Below are positions 10,301 to 18,516 of a stretch of 64,000 nt of DNA, piece by piece (the stretch's first letter is position 1; the number at the start of each line of letters is the position of its first letter). The notes under the pieces were generated by a model that did no database searches, was not told the origin of the DNA, and saw only the letters and a program-made list of their open reading frames with translations. This stretch comes from Candidatus Latescibacterota bacterium (GTDB lineage: Bacteria > Latescibacterota > UBA2968 > SICM01). The DNA is taken from contig CBDCJO010000002.1 of the NCBI GenBank assembly GCA_965217865.1, positions 384,001 through 448,000 on the forward strand. Direction: 5' to 3'. A program made the translations under genes and the position numbers.

Positions 10301-11260
10301 ACGCCCTCAGGACAACTTGTCGGCGTATTCTTGTCGGCTTGTCGCGAAAATGTCCCGACCCCCTTTGTCGCCGGAAGTATCGCACGGCAAATACGGGATG
10401 CCGTGATTAGCGCCACCGGCTGGAGCGGTCTGATCGCGCTGCATCGTTTGATCGAATTCCTTCCGTACTTTCTGCGCGCCGATTGCGATTGGACCCGTGA
10501 GCATTTAATCCCTCCCTTGCTCACGGAAGACGCCGCGTCCCTTGTCCTCTGGCACGCCGTCGCGCTACGGCGCCGTTTCGCCGATGTTCTGAAGATCATC
10601 GGCGATAAGATGGCCGAAAAGGCAACGGATCAGCGACTTGGGCGCAGAACGCGGCAGAGTCTGGCGTCCAGCCTCGTAGTCGAATCCTTGCACGCCTTCC
10701 GCGAGTCCCGCGAGCCGGAGGTGCCCAACCCTCGCATACAGCAAATGCTGCGGTCCCTTGATGACGAGGTTCGGGCAACCGCGGCGGATGCCATCCAACA
10801 GTTCGTTCAAGATCTCTCGAAGACCAAGGTCAACAAGCAGGCGGCGGCAGAGCTGTTCCAATCCGCCGCCGTGCCCTTTCTTAATCAAGTGTGGCCGCAG
10901 GAGCGTTCTTTGACTACGCCGGGCGTGAGCCGCGCCCTCGCGGACTTACCCGCGACATCGGGAGAAGCATTCGCCGAAGCTGTCGAGGTGATCGAGCGCT
11001 TCCTCGTGCCTTTCGGGTGCAGGTCGATGCGTAATTATGGCCTCTATGGCAATGACGGTGAGGCAAAGAAGCTCTCGATCATCAATGACGAGCCCAAGGC
11101 GAAAGCCCTCTTGCGGTTGCTCGACTTGACCGTGGGACCCTCGGAAGACACCGTTATGCCTCATGGTCTGACAGATGCCCTGGACCAAATCCGCTCTGTC
11201 GCACCGGCTCTTGTCGGTTCTCCGGTATTCCGACGCCTTTCAACTGCCGCCCGTCGTTGA
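7367..11260 (+). CDS. Large SIR2-domain protein, Dsr1-like putative anti-phage NADase
   Basis: GGAGG RBS before ATG 7367. N-terminal SIR2_2 motifs FICGAGIS, TTNFD, HIHG, LVGYSANDP, then a ~890-aa helical C-terminal region. Defence-island context. Confidence 0.8.
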   Translation: MEPDIDDRVIFLGDGLPAIPERLLLAHARGEVLFICGAGISMPAGLPDFRELVLGVYQKLDKAVHGVIVGLPHDVCNQWEDSCSGLTERQAAEVRRFVIGDHDVVLGMLERRLDDETQGDSSVRREVVTLLRAGGNKPAAMHRALMRLADRGGAVTIVTTNFDLLLEMAGKRLQSPVETYSLGSIPRPTKRTDFAGVLHIHGVLNTNPHRVSELVLSDQDFGEFYMRRRVVPDFIYDTARLFHLVLVGYSANDPPMRYLLNAVAADGTRFDDLKERFIFFGASPRDPVALEDWKARGITPIHYDSKDDHAVLGETFERWAELSAINGKTRTVDKEIRRIVKATKADALEADHDLFDHLLRRSNASERIRLSALVSGEKADLGWLDAIVKIGAEKGAGAQFMIPPWATLDDNGRAMSRATVAFLKHRLAESDTIVWALRLNSEQNIERIAVTHLLNSPNGPVLEEPWASAWRLIEESWSRNLDGEDPSMVDIYNIQQRLHAGDRSGAILSAIVNLVAPGLKVQPIDPYYKWQFLKKPRRPSHPSHLLSASLTSGELVDLNILRLAELTEVPFLMALANALEAAVNHGLDIARRISGDGEPELWRLGSLHWVGYTQAAPEVDGENEPNAYNPGIAPAVKFLHAVVARIAELEPRSARPFVQRWRFVSSPVHIRLGAAAALNPLLASAEEVAKFLIGLNDRQFWGLHEFPEIAKLRALRFAELDRETQRAITARLRKRPPRDHWLRKSDADQVKNARLYWAVRELKRIEIAGGDLPRDARLWLEAGIGQFADLAEMKIDDGFPGAPQVSAVPRYLDDRYDALQGDARLRTLEKALSTERGGWDDDSATRASNWLRQSDKTVLVLGDLEAVEDGGDKFPSVWNRFSWVHAPGQPESEVDSQRDLQDEAERVLRLLEKPSDKTLSAPIEGISQWLYVWRKQIIDSPQVLRVWLRIWPIAVEATNVNQQSEDDAGELMDYDTLNTPSGQLVGVFLSACRENVPTPFVAGSIARQIRDAVISATGWSGLIALHRLIEFLPYFLRADCDWTREHLIPPLLTEDAASLVLWHAVALRRRFADVLKIIGDKMAEKATDQRLGRRTRQSLASSLVVESLHAFRESREPEVPNPRIQQMLRSLDDEVRATAADAIQQFVQDLSKTKVNKQAAAELFQSAAVPFLNQVWPQERSLTTPGVSRALADLPATSGEAFAEAVEVIERFLVPFGCRSMRNYGLYGNDGEAKKLSIINDEPKAKALLRLLDLTVGPSEDTVMPHGLTDALDQIRSVAPALVGSPVFRRLSTAARR

Positions 11261-11276
11261 GAGCCGCAAATCGGTC

Positions 11277-11455
11277 TGGAGTTACCCCGTTTTAGCGGAC
11301 GGTTTATCAGTTGCGATTCAGTCGGCTGCAAGGGCGACATCGCTGGAGGTCTTCTCGAAGTTCATTGGAGAGAGACATCCGAGTGCTGAGTGTCGCCGAT
11401 GGAGGTTGTACCAGCCCTCGATGTATTGAAATACGGACATCCGGGCTTCGGCCTG
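11277..11455 (-). mobile_element. IS3-family right-end remnant
   Basis: Minus strand reads QAEARMSVFQYIEGWYNLHRRHSALGCLSPMNFE (IS3 OrfB tail), then an IR-like end ...AAAACGGGGTAACTCCA. Confidence 0.75.
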
Positions 11456-12126
11456 TTTTCTCGTCCGTTGTCGGCGCGAATCGGATTCGTGAAGACATGG
11501 TCACCCCCGAACGAGCGGTTCAGGGCGGTGGCTATGTCAGGCTCGTTCAAATCGCCTGGGTTATCGAAGTGTTCCGCCAGGCTGTCGGGAAACAGCCGCT
11601 CCCGCAGGTGGATGGTGAACGCAGCGGCGTCGTCCGACGGCGAGCGAGCGCTGGACCAGAATTGCATCTCGTCGAGGAACTGGCGCGCGCGATCAAGGGT
11701 TGGGGACACGAAGCGAATCGTGTTCGAGAGTGCGCGGAAGCGATGAGCATTCGAGTTCTCAGCTCGGAAGCCAAGCAGTTCTCGATTACGCTCGTCGAAG
11801 AAGTGGACGTAAAAGGAGTCTGACGAGAGCAGCAAAAGGAAATCTCGGGTGATCTCCTCGTTGAAGAGTGGTGTGCGGATGACCAGTGGTTCATCGTTGT
11901 CATCAAAGAAGGCTGTCAGCAGACCATACGTAGCAACATCGCCGACACGGACGGGGACTAAATAGAAGCGGAATCCTCCGCGCAGTTTGGCCGTTTGAGC
12001 CATCTCTCTCGGGGCCTTCACGACGAGGATCATCCGCGAGTCGCCACGGCGGCGAATGGGCCATAAGCCTCCCGGAAAGTCCACGAGTGTGTCTACAACC
12101 TCCGGGTTTGTGATAGTAAGCTTCAT
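11456..12126 (-). pseudogene. Hypothetical protein, 3'-truncated by the IS3 remnant
   Basis: ATG at 12126 (MKLTITNPEVV...). Protein-like sequence stops abruptly at ...RADNGRE at the IS3 junction. Confidence 0.55.
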
Positions 12127-12336
12127 TAAGGAAGCCTCAGAGCATAGCGTAGCGTTTCTGAGAAGGAACGTTGGAGTGAAGCCCTGTGGCAAGCTTCGCG
12201 GAGGCGCTCCTTATGATCAAGGTAGGCCTCTCCGGTCGCGCAAAGGTGAGCCCCGGCGTGGTCCGGCGCTCTACCCCAGCCGACTAACGTAAGATGCCTT
12301 GAAGGCCTTGCTGCGGTGTGTCCCCGACTCGATCTC

Positions 12337-12378
12337 CCCAGCCCTGAGCCGGTCCAGATAGTCGGCCCAGTCGTCCAT
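12337..12378 (-). pseudogene. P4-type tyrosine integrase C-terminal scrap
   Basis: MDDWADYLDRLRAG resembles the typical P4-integrase tail MQxWADYLDxL. Very short match. Confidence 0.45.
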
Positions 12379-12562
12379 GCGCAACTCTGCCTCCCTCCGG
12401 CCGCGGCAAACTGGCCCCGGAGTTGCCCCCCAACAGGCTGCACGGCTGCTCAGTCTTGACCGTCGACCTGCTCGACAAGGCTCTTCATCTCACGAATGAG
12501 CGCAGCCACTTCCCGCCACTCGGCGGTCGCCGCGGATAAGACCGAGAGCGTGCGCTCCAGAC

Positions 12563-13385
12563 CTACATCCCGAATGTGTGATCGACCGCGAAAAGGTAAG
12601 AATAGGCGCTAACCCTCTTGGGGTCGCTGGGAACGAGCCCGGAAATGACGCCAGCTGCGGTGAGGGCCAAGCCGAACGGGTCGCCAGCGTACACGGACCA
12701 GACACCGCCCGTAATCCCCAAAGACCACGATGCTAAGTTCTTGCCGAGTGTCCGTTGGGTAGATCGTTGGATGTCGTGGGCCGCGTCAGCGATCTCCTGT
12801 CGGCGTTGCAGCAACACATTTTCTCGTTCGCCAGAATTGTCGATCTCAGCAAGTTCAGCCATGAAGTTCCGAAGATCGCGCATGTATGCCCGATGGGCGT
12901 CTCCATGCTCCGTACGGAACTCTAGAACGTCGTCGAGCGGAATGGCGGCTAAGTCGAACGATACGGGTTCAAGATCCAGCTTGATCACCTTATCGCGTGA
13001 TGGCATCGACTCCCGTGACAACGTTCTTACCAAGTCCGTGGCAGCTTGGGGCATGTTGGTTACCGGATGAATCGCCATTTCACGCTTTTTCCCGGCGACA
13101 CGGGAGAGTTGTGCGAGCACGACAAGGATAGTGGTGCGCACGTCTGGATGGAGCGGGATTGAAACTCCATCCTCGCTCGGGCGTGCAAGCCCTCTCTCTT
13201 GAAGCTCGTCGACCAAAAAACCCGCTAACTTAACGTCGGCGCCGTAACCGATTCGGGATTGCGACAGTTCTGCGAAATATTCGGCCTTCGGAAGGTCATT
13301 GAATGCACCATTGGTGAGTAGTTCAACAACGACTTTCGCAAGCTTGCCGGCGATTTCCTCGTCAACCCAGTCGTTGGGTTCGAGA
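12563..13385 (-). pseudogene. Hypothetical protein with C-terminal hydrophobic helices, 5'-truncated
   Basis: Frame of ORF 12563-13216 extends upstream (FLEPNDWVDEEIAGKLAKVVVELL...) to ~13385 with no start codon. Confidence 0.55.
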
Positions 13386-13408
13386 AACGTCTGGTTCCAA
13401 TTTCATTT

Positions 13409-13710
13409 GTGTTTCTGTTCATGGCACTCACGTCCGACGCTTTCGCCAGGCGCTCGGGCCTGATGGTGGTTGAGGAGATCGTCGCCTTCGAGATCCGGGT
13501 CGTCTCCTTACCCCCTTCTCCAGAACCCCGTTCTCCAGATTTCAGCGGAAACGGCGTGGTCGGGCTCGAGGATTTCTTCATTTTCGCCGAGTCCTTTGGA
13601 ATGGAAGTTGGTACATCATCGCCGCCACCGGACCCGCCAGCCGGATTGGCGCCGGCGGATCAGGCAGTGTTCGACAGTCTGGCTGTCGGGAAGCAGATAG
13701 TGGACGTCTA
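13409..13710 (+). pseudogene. Fragment of a secreted protein with dockerin/EF-hand-like motif
   Basis: PDFSGNGVVGLEDFFIFAESFG followed by GLAPADQAVFDSLAVGKQI; truncated. Confidence 0.55.
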
Positions 13711-13834
13711 TGTATCTGAATCCCTTTCCGCGGATTGCGTAGCCATCTCGTTAGCGTTTAGGATTCAGCATTTATAAGGTTCCGAACATAATATACACAT
13801 CACTATTTCTTTCTATGTGCCTATTTCGTAGGCG

Positions 13835-13900
13835 CAGGCCGCTTGAGCCGCAAGCGGACTTTCAGTTGAAATAAACCTACCGTCTTTAGTCGGGTAGTGG
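13835..13900 (+). mobile_element. Orphan IS200/IS605-type right-end hairpin
   Basis: Closely similar to 63190-63254, downstream of the tnpA at 62795-63165 (CAGGC.GCTT.AGCCGCAAGC.GACTTTCAGT.GAA..AAACCTACCG.CTTTAG.CGG). Confidence 0.65.
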
Positions 13901-13941
13901 CAGTTATTGGAGAGTGTTTTAAACATCAGAAAGGGCACTTT

Positions 13942-15018
13942 ATGAAACACGTCATCGAAGGAATCAGAAGAAGATCTATAGGAGCGGAAAGCAGACCAAA
14001 TTTTACGTTTAGGCACTGCATATACCCAATTACGAGTGTTCTTGGATATTATAACCCTATTTTTTATGATGACCGGACATATGATCTAATGAGGGTCTCA
14101 TGGTCTTCTTGGTATCATCCAGGGAAAGCAATCGTATCGGCGTCATTTCTCAGCCAATGTTACCTCAACATTGAAAGGCTATTTGGTGCAACTGTAGAAA
14201 GCCATCTATGTTCATCCCCGGATGAATTCCGCGAGCTCATGTATGATCGAGTGTGCAATAACCGGCCGCTATTCTTATTCATTTATGGTAATCCAAAGAG
14301 AATGGGGGAAGAGATCAGAGTCACAAGTGGCACAGATCATGTCACATTTGCGGGTATCGGGATTGACAGTGCCCAAGACCGTGTGCTGGTGGCTAATAAT
14401 TTTGCAATTGGGTGGTGTCCGATCGAAGATATTGGACACCGGATTCTGGTTAATCTGGTGGATGAATTTTATGTTTCGCCGGATTGCACAATGCCCGCAT
14501 TTGACGTTCTTGCTAACCATTTGCTGATTCAAGTTTCAAGCAACTTTGATGATAATCCTGTAACGTACGGAGACGTTCCAGGCAGGGACGTGCCACCGCA
14601 TGAAATGATATGTGGTGTTAAAGGCATCCATGCATTTGCTGAACATCCTAGCTTTCATAGAAAAGGTTGGTCAGTTGAGCAAACCGCTCGTGAAGGAATT
14701 ACCTTTGGGCTTCTGGTGGCCCGTCAGGAAAGGAGTCTATTCATTTCAATCTTTGAGGAATTTATATCTTCCACTTATGATCCTTACACCTATAATGGCA
14801 TAATGGAGTACTGGAAAGAGCTTTCTAAGACTTGGGTGGTTGCAGGGAAATTGAGTAAAAGGCTCGAATTGAAGGGGAATGGGGATGTAAGTTCCAAATT
14901 TCGGGATATCCTACATAGCACAGGAGAACAGGAGGAAAAAATACTCCTCTTGCTTCGAGACTATTTAGTTGGGGTCCTTAAACATTCTAAGAGAAATCAG
15001 GAGTTGGTTGAAGGTTGA
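13942..15018 (+). CDS. BtrH N-terminal-like / DUF4872-like protein (papain-like fold)
   Basis: Low-GC ORF. N-terminal HC motif, DHVTFAGIGID..DRVLVAN segment, C-terminal GVKGIHAF...R.LF...ELSKTW helical region. Confidence 0.5.
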   Translation: MKHVIEGIRRRSIGAESRPNFTFRHCIYPITSVLGYYNPIFYDDRTYDLMRVSWSSWYHPGKAIVSASFLSQCYLNIERLFGATVESHLCSSPDEFRELMYDRVCNNRPLFLFIYGNPKRMGEEIRVTSGTDHVTFAGIGIDSAQDRVLVANNFAIGWCPIEDIGHRILVNLVDEFYVSPDCTMPAFDVLANHLLIQVSSNFDDNPVTYGDVPGRDVPPHEMICGVKGIHAFAEHPSFHRKGWSVEQTAREGITFGLLVARQERSLFISIFEEFISSTYDPYTYNGIMEYWKELSKTWVVAGKLSKRLELKGNGDVSSKFRDILHSTGEQEEKILLLLRDYLVGVLKHSKRNQELVEG

Positions 15019-15507
15019 GTAAGTGTATAGTAGCATCTACGGAAATAGATTTGAGATTGCGTTGACTATATCGATAGACCTATTTCCCATGTTCCGATAA
15101 CTCCCTTGAGGGTGGACTATCGCAGTCATAGGTTTTGATCCATTGAGCTTTCTCTCCATGGTTTCAATAGAATGGTAGTTAGGTGGTCCGAGAAGTTTGT
15201 ATTCAGAAGATTCTAAACGAAGGCCTCCTTCCCCTCACTTGAGGCTGATGAGGTTCATGTTATGGAAGGTATCTCTGGAAGCCACGTTATCGTCTGTAGA
15301 GGTCTTTCCGAGACGATATTGCAGAACTTATGGCCAAAACCAATTCAGAAAATCGGCATGAAAAAGTACGTCATCGAATTTAAGAAGAACAGCACTGCTA
15401 AGTCATGAATACCAGAGTCCCTCTTCGAGGATTCTCTTGGGATATTGCGTGGAGTCTGTTTTTCTACTCTTCGAAAGGTTTCTGTGAGAGTCCAGTTTCC
15501 TTTTCTG

Positions 15508-15649
15508 TTGCGGTCTATCAAGACGGTTGAGTTGCCCGTATCGGATATTATGCAAACGACCAGGTTCTACCGTGACGTTCTCGGGTTATGGGTGGGCAAG
15601 ACTGACGACGGCACAGTAGTGAGGGCGGGGGAAACGGATCTCGCCCTAG
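15508..15649 (+). pseudogene. VOC/glyoxalase-family fragment cut by IS
   Basis: IKTVELPVSDIMQTTRFYRDVLGL motif; ends at the IS target CTAG. Confidence 0.6.
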
Positions 15650-17175
15650 CAGCCTGTTGAAAAAGTGCGTTTATGCCAAGATGACTGTTGTCTTTCCTTG
15701 TGGTTTGGTCCTATGATATATCAGGTTCAAACTGAGAAGGGAGGACGAGCAAATGGCAATGGGAAAACGAGGACGACAGAGACAGGAAAACCTGTTCATC
15801 GCATCGAACACTTTGGTGAAATCTCCGGGTCATCCGTTCTACGAGAAGCTGAATCAGGTATTGGGGGCGAACGGCTTCGACGAGTTCGTCGAGGGGCTTT
15901 GCCAGCGGTATTACGCTCCTCATATGGGTCGCAAGGGCATTCCGCCCGGGGTTTATTTTCGGATGCTTTTGATTGGGTATTTCGAGGGACTTGATTCGGA
16001 ACGTGGGATCGAATGGCGTGTATCTGACTCGCTGACGTTGCGCCGGTTTTTGGGGTATGCCCTTGACGAACAGACCCCGGATCATTCCAGCCTGTCTCGC
16101 ATCCGGCATCGGCTTCCCTTGGAAGTTCACGAAGCGGTTTTCAAGTGGATCCTGAGGGTCTTGTGCAAAGCGGGTCTGGTGAAGGGGAAGACGTTGGGCG
16201 TGGATGCTACGACACTGGAGGCCAACGCCGCGATGCGCAGCATTGTACGCCGTGACACGGGTGAAGGCTACCAGGCATTCCTTGAGAATCTGGCCAAGGC
16301 CTCGGGCATTGAAACGCCTACCCGCGAGGACTTGTCCAAGATCGATAAGAAGCGACCGAAGAAGGGATCGAACCAGGACTGGGAGCACCCGCACGACCCG
16401 GATGCCAAGATCGCTAAGATGAAGGACGGTCGCACGCACATGGCGCACAAGGTGGAGCACGCGGTGGATCTGGACACCAATGCCATTGTGGCAGTGGCGT
16501 TGTCGGGAGCAGATGAAGGAGATACCGAGTCGTTGCCCTGGACGCTGCTCGAGGCGCCGCTCAATCTCAAGCAGGTCGCGAAGGACGAAAAAGCTGCCAA
16601 ACGTTTGCACAGACAGCGTATACGGGAGGTGGTTGCGGACAAAGGATATCATAGCAACGATGTATTGACCAGTCTGAAGCAAGGCGGCATCCGGAGTTAC
16701 ATTTCAGAACCGGATCGGGGACGCCGCAAGTGGAACGGCCGACGAGATGAGCAGGCCGCGGTATATGCGAATCGACGCCGGATCAAGGGAGATCGCGGCA
16801 AGGCCTTGCGCCGAAGTCGTGCAGAACGGGTGGAAAGAACCATCGCTCACACATATGATACCGGTGGCATGCGCAGGTTGCACTTGAGAGACCGCGGCAA
16901 TATCCTCAAGCGTTTGCTGATCCACATCGGGGGCTGCAACCTGGCTCTGCTCATGCGCAAAGTGATGGGCGTAGGTACTCCGAAGGCCCTCCAGGACCTG
17001 GCCAAGGCCTTGCAGCGTCTACTGCTCGTCCTACAATCACGTTTGCTGCCCTCGGTCACCTTTTTAACCTCTTATCAGCGTCTCCTGCTCAATCTCCTTA
17101 CCTTGATTTATCTGACCCGCACTCCAGGCGTCTTTTCCGTTTATGTGCGTTGAAAGGTAGTTCTTCAACGGGCTG
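15650..17175 (+). mobile_element. Complete IS1182/IS5-like insertion sequence
   Basis: TIRs CAGCCTGTTGAAAAA / TTCTTCAACGGGCTG (13/15 match). Flanked by CTAG at 15646-15649 and 17176-17179. Confidence 0.88.
15753..17153 (+). CDS. DDE transposase (DUF772 + DDE_Tnp_1, IS1182-like)
   Basis: GRKGIPPGVYFRMLLIGY, PDHSSLSRIR, GVDATTLEANA, VADKGY and RVER motifs. Confidence 0.9.
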   Translation: MAMGKRGRQRQENLFIASNTLVKSPGHPFYEKLNQVLGANGFDEFVEGLCQRYYAPHMGRKGIPPGVYFRMLLIGYFEGLDSERGIEWRVSDSLTLRRFLGYALDEQTPDHSSLSRIRHRLPLEVHEAVFKWILRVLCKAGLVKGKTLGVDATTLEANAAMRSIVRRDTGEGYQAFLENLAKASGIETPTREDLSKIDKKRPKKGSNQDWEHPHDPDAKIAKMKDGRTHMAHKVEHAVDLDTNAIVAVALSGADEGDTESLPWTLLEAPLNLKQVAKDEKAAKRLHRQRIREVVADKGYHSNDVLTSLKQGGIRSYISEPDRGRRKWNGRRDEQAAVYANRRRIKGDRGKALRRSRAERVERTIAHTYDTGGMRRLHLRDRGNILKRLLIHIGGCNLALLMRKVMGVGTPKALQDLAKALQRLLLVLQSRLLPSVTFLTSYQRLLLNLLTLIYLTRTPGVFSVYVR

Positions 17176-17248
17176 CTAGGGGTTAGGTCTGACACACCAT
17201 CGATTTTTTATGTTCGTCAAAAAACCCTTAATTTACCATCGTCTAAAT

Positions 17249-17560
17249 TTTCCATTTTCCATTTTGCACCTTGCATTTCCATGACCTCTCGGTGGCGAAA
17301 ACCCACCGCGTCCTTCGACTACGCGGCGCTGACGCGCCGCTCCGCTCAGGATGTTTCAATAAGGTTTAGAATTCGCTTAACGAATCGCTTTGGTCCCCCT
17401 TCCCTTTTGGGAAGCCACGTCCTGAGCGAAGTCGAAGGAGGGGCGCAGGGGCTTAGGTCTGACAGCTGACCGAAGTTTTACTTTCGTCAAGAACCCCACA
17501 CGGTCTTTCAATCTTCAATCGTCCGTCTCACGTCTCACTTCTCACGTTTGACGTTTGACG
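17249..17560. repeat. Cluster of heptamer tandem repeats and TCCTGAGCG...TCGAAGGA palindromic REP-like elements
   Basis: TTTTCCA/TTTTGCA and TCTCACG/TTTGACG heptamer runs. 17311-17353 and 17414-17450 are related to copies at 35545, 41111 and 45086. Confidence 0.7.
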
Positions 17561-17591
17561 GCCTTTCAATCTCTGACAGGAGGCCAAGGAA

Positions 17592-18467
17592 ATGACCGAT
17601 TCGACCTTGCCCGACAGCTTACAACTCCTGACCATCGTCGCGCACCCGCACGACGTGACGTATACCCTGGGGACCTCGGCGCACCACATTCAGCGCGGCG
17701 ACCGCGTCACCGTGGTGTCCCTGACCGACGGCGTAACCACCCATAACGCCGAGCTCGAAGACGAGCTTCGCAAGCCGGAGGGCGAACGCCGGGAAGAGGT
17801 CCTCGATCGGCCACGCGATGAAATTGCGATGCGTAAGCAGCAGGAATTTGGGAGGGTTTGCGGCCTGTTCGGAATCACCGACGTGCGCGTCCTTCCCTTT
17901 GCCGACAATCCGATGGAGGCGACCCCCGAGCTTCACCGGTCGTTGTCGGAGATCTTTTATGAGGTCCGGCCTCATATCGTGATCACCCACGCTCCGTATA
18001 ACTATCCATACCGGGACAAAACGAGCCTGTTTAGTACGGATCATTCGATGGCCGGGCAGCTTGTCTGCGCTGTCATTCAGCGTGTCGGCCAGGCGGACGT
18101 CCAGCGCAAGCGTTCGCCCCACCAGGTGGCCCAGGTCTACTACATCGGCGTGGAATTCGGATGGACCGACGTCGACCTGTTCGTCGACATCTCGGATCAA
18201 ATAGACAACCGCATCAAAGCAGAGGCCTTTTACGAATCCCAGGGCCACACTTCGGAGTTTGCCCGCAAACGAATCGAAGTCGCCGCCGGCTACCTCGGCT
18301 GGTGGGCGCGTTGCCCGTATGCCGAGACATTTATACGGTCAAAAGCCGAGACCAGCGATTACCTGACCCTTACGCCCAACGATATGAGAACCGCTCAGAT
18401 GTCCGCCAAAGACGTCCACGAGAAGTTGAGTCAATTCGCCAGTGGCTCGAAAAGGCCGGCGGTTTAG
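17592..18467 (+). CDS. PIG-L/LmbE family deacetylase
   Basis: VAHPHD metal motif, VSLTDG, RPHIVITH, DH, FVDIS and AETF patterns. Confidence 0.82.
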   Translation: MTDSTLPDSLQLLTIVAHPHDVTYTLGTSAHHIQRGDRVTVVSLTDGVTTHNAELEDELRKPEGERREEVLDRPRDEIAMRKQQEFGRVCGLFGITDVRVLPFADNPMEATPELHRSLSEIFYEVRPHIVITHAPYNYPYRDKTSLFSTDHSMAGQLVCAVIQRVGQADVQRKRSPHQVAQVYYIGVEFGWTDVDLFVDISDQIDNRIKAEAFYESQGHTSEFARKRIEVAAGYLGWWARCPYAETFIRSKAETSDYLTLTPNDMRTAQMSAKDVHEKLSQFASGSKRPAV

Positions 18468-18516
18468 GTTTTCCATGACCTCCGATCCCCGACCCATGAC
18501 CCCCGGAGGAATCACG

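Noticed and set aside
12160-12300. Possible integron attC site (CTAAC/GTT motifs)
   Set aside because: No convincing R/L box pairing, no second site and no IntI gene.
15711-16682. 323-aa minus-strand ORF inside the IS
   Set aside because: Antisense shadow of the transposase.
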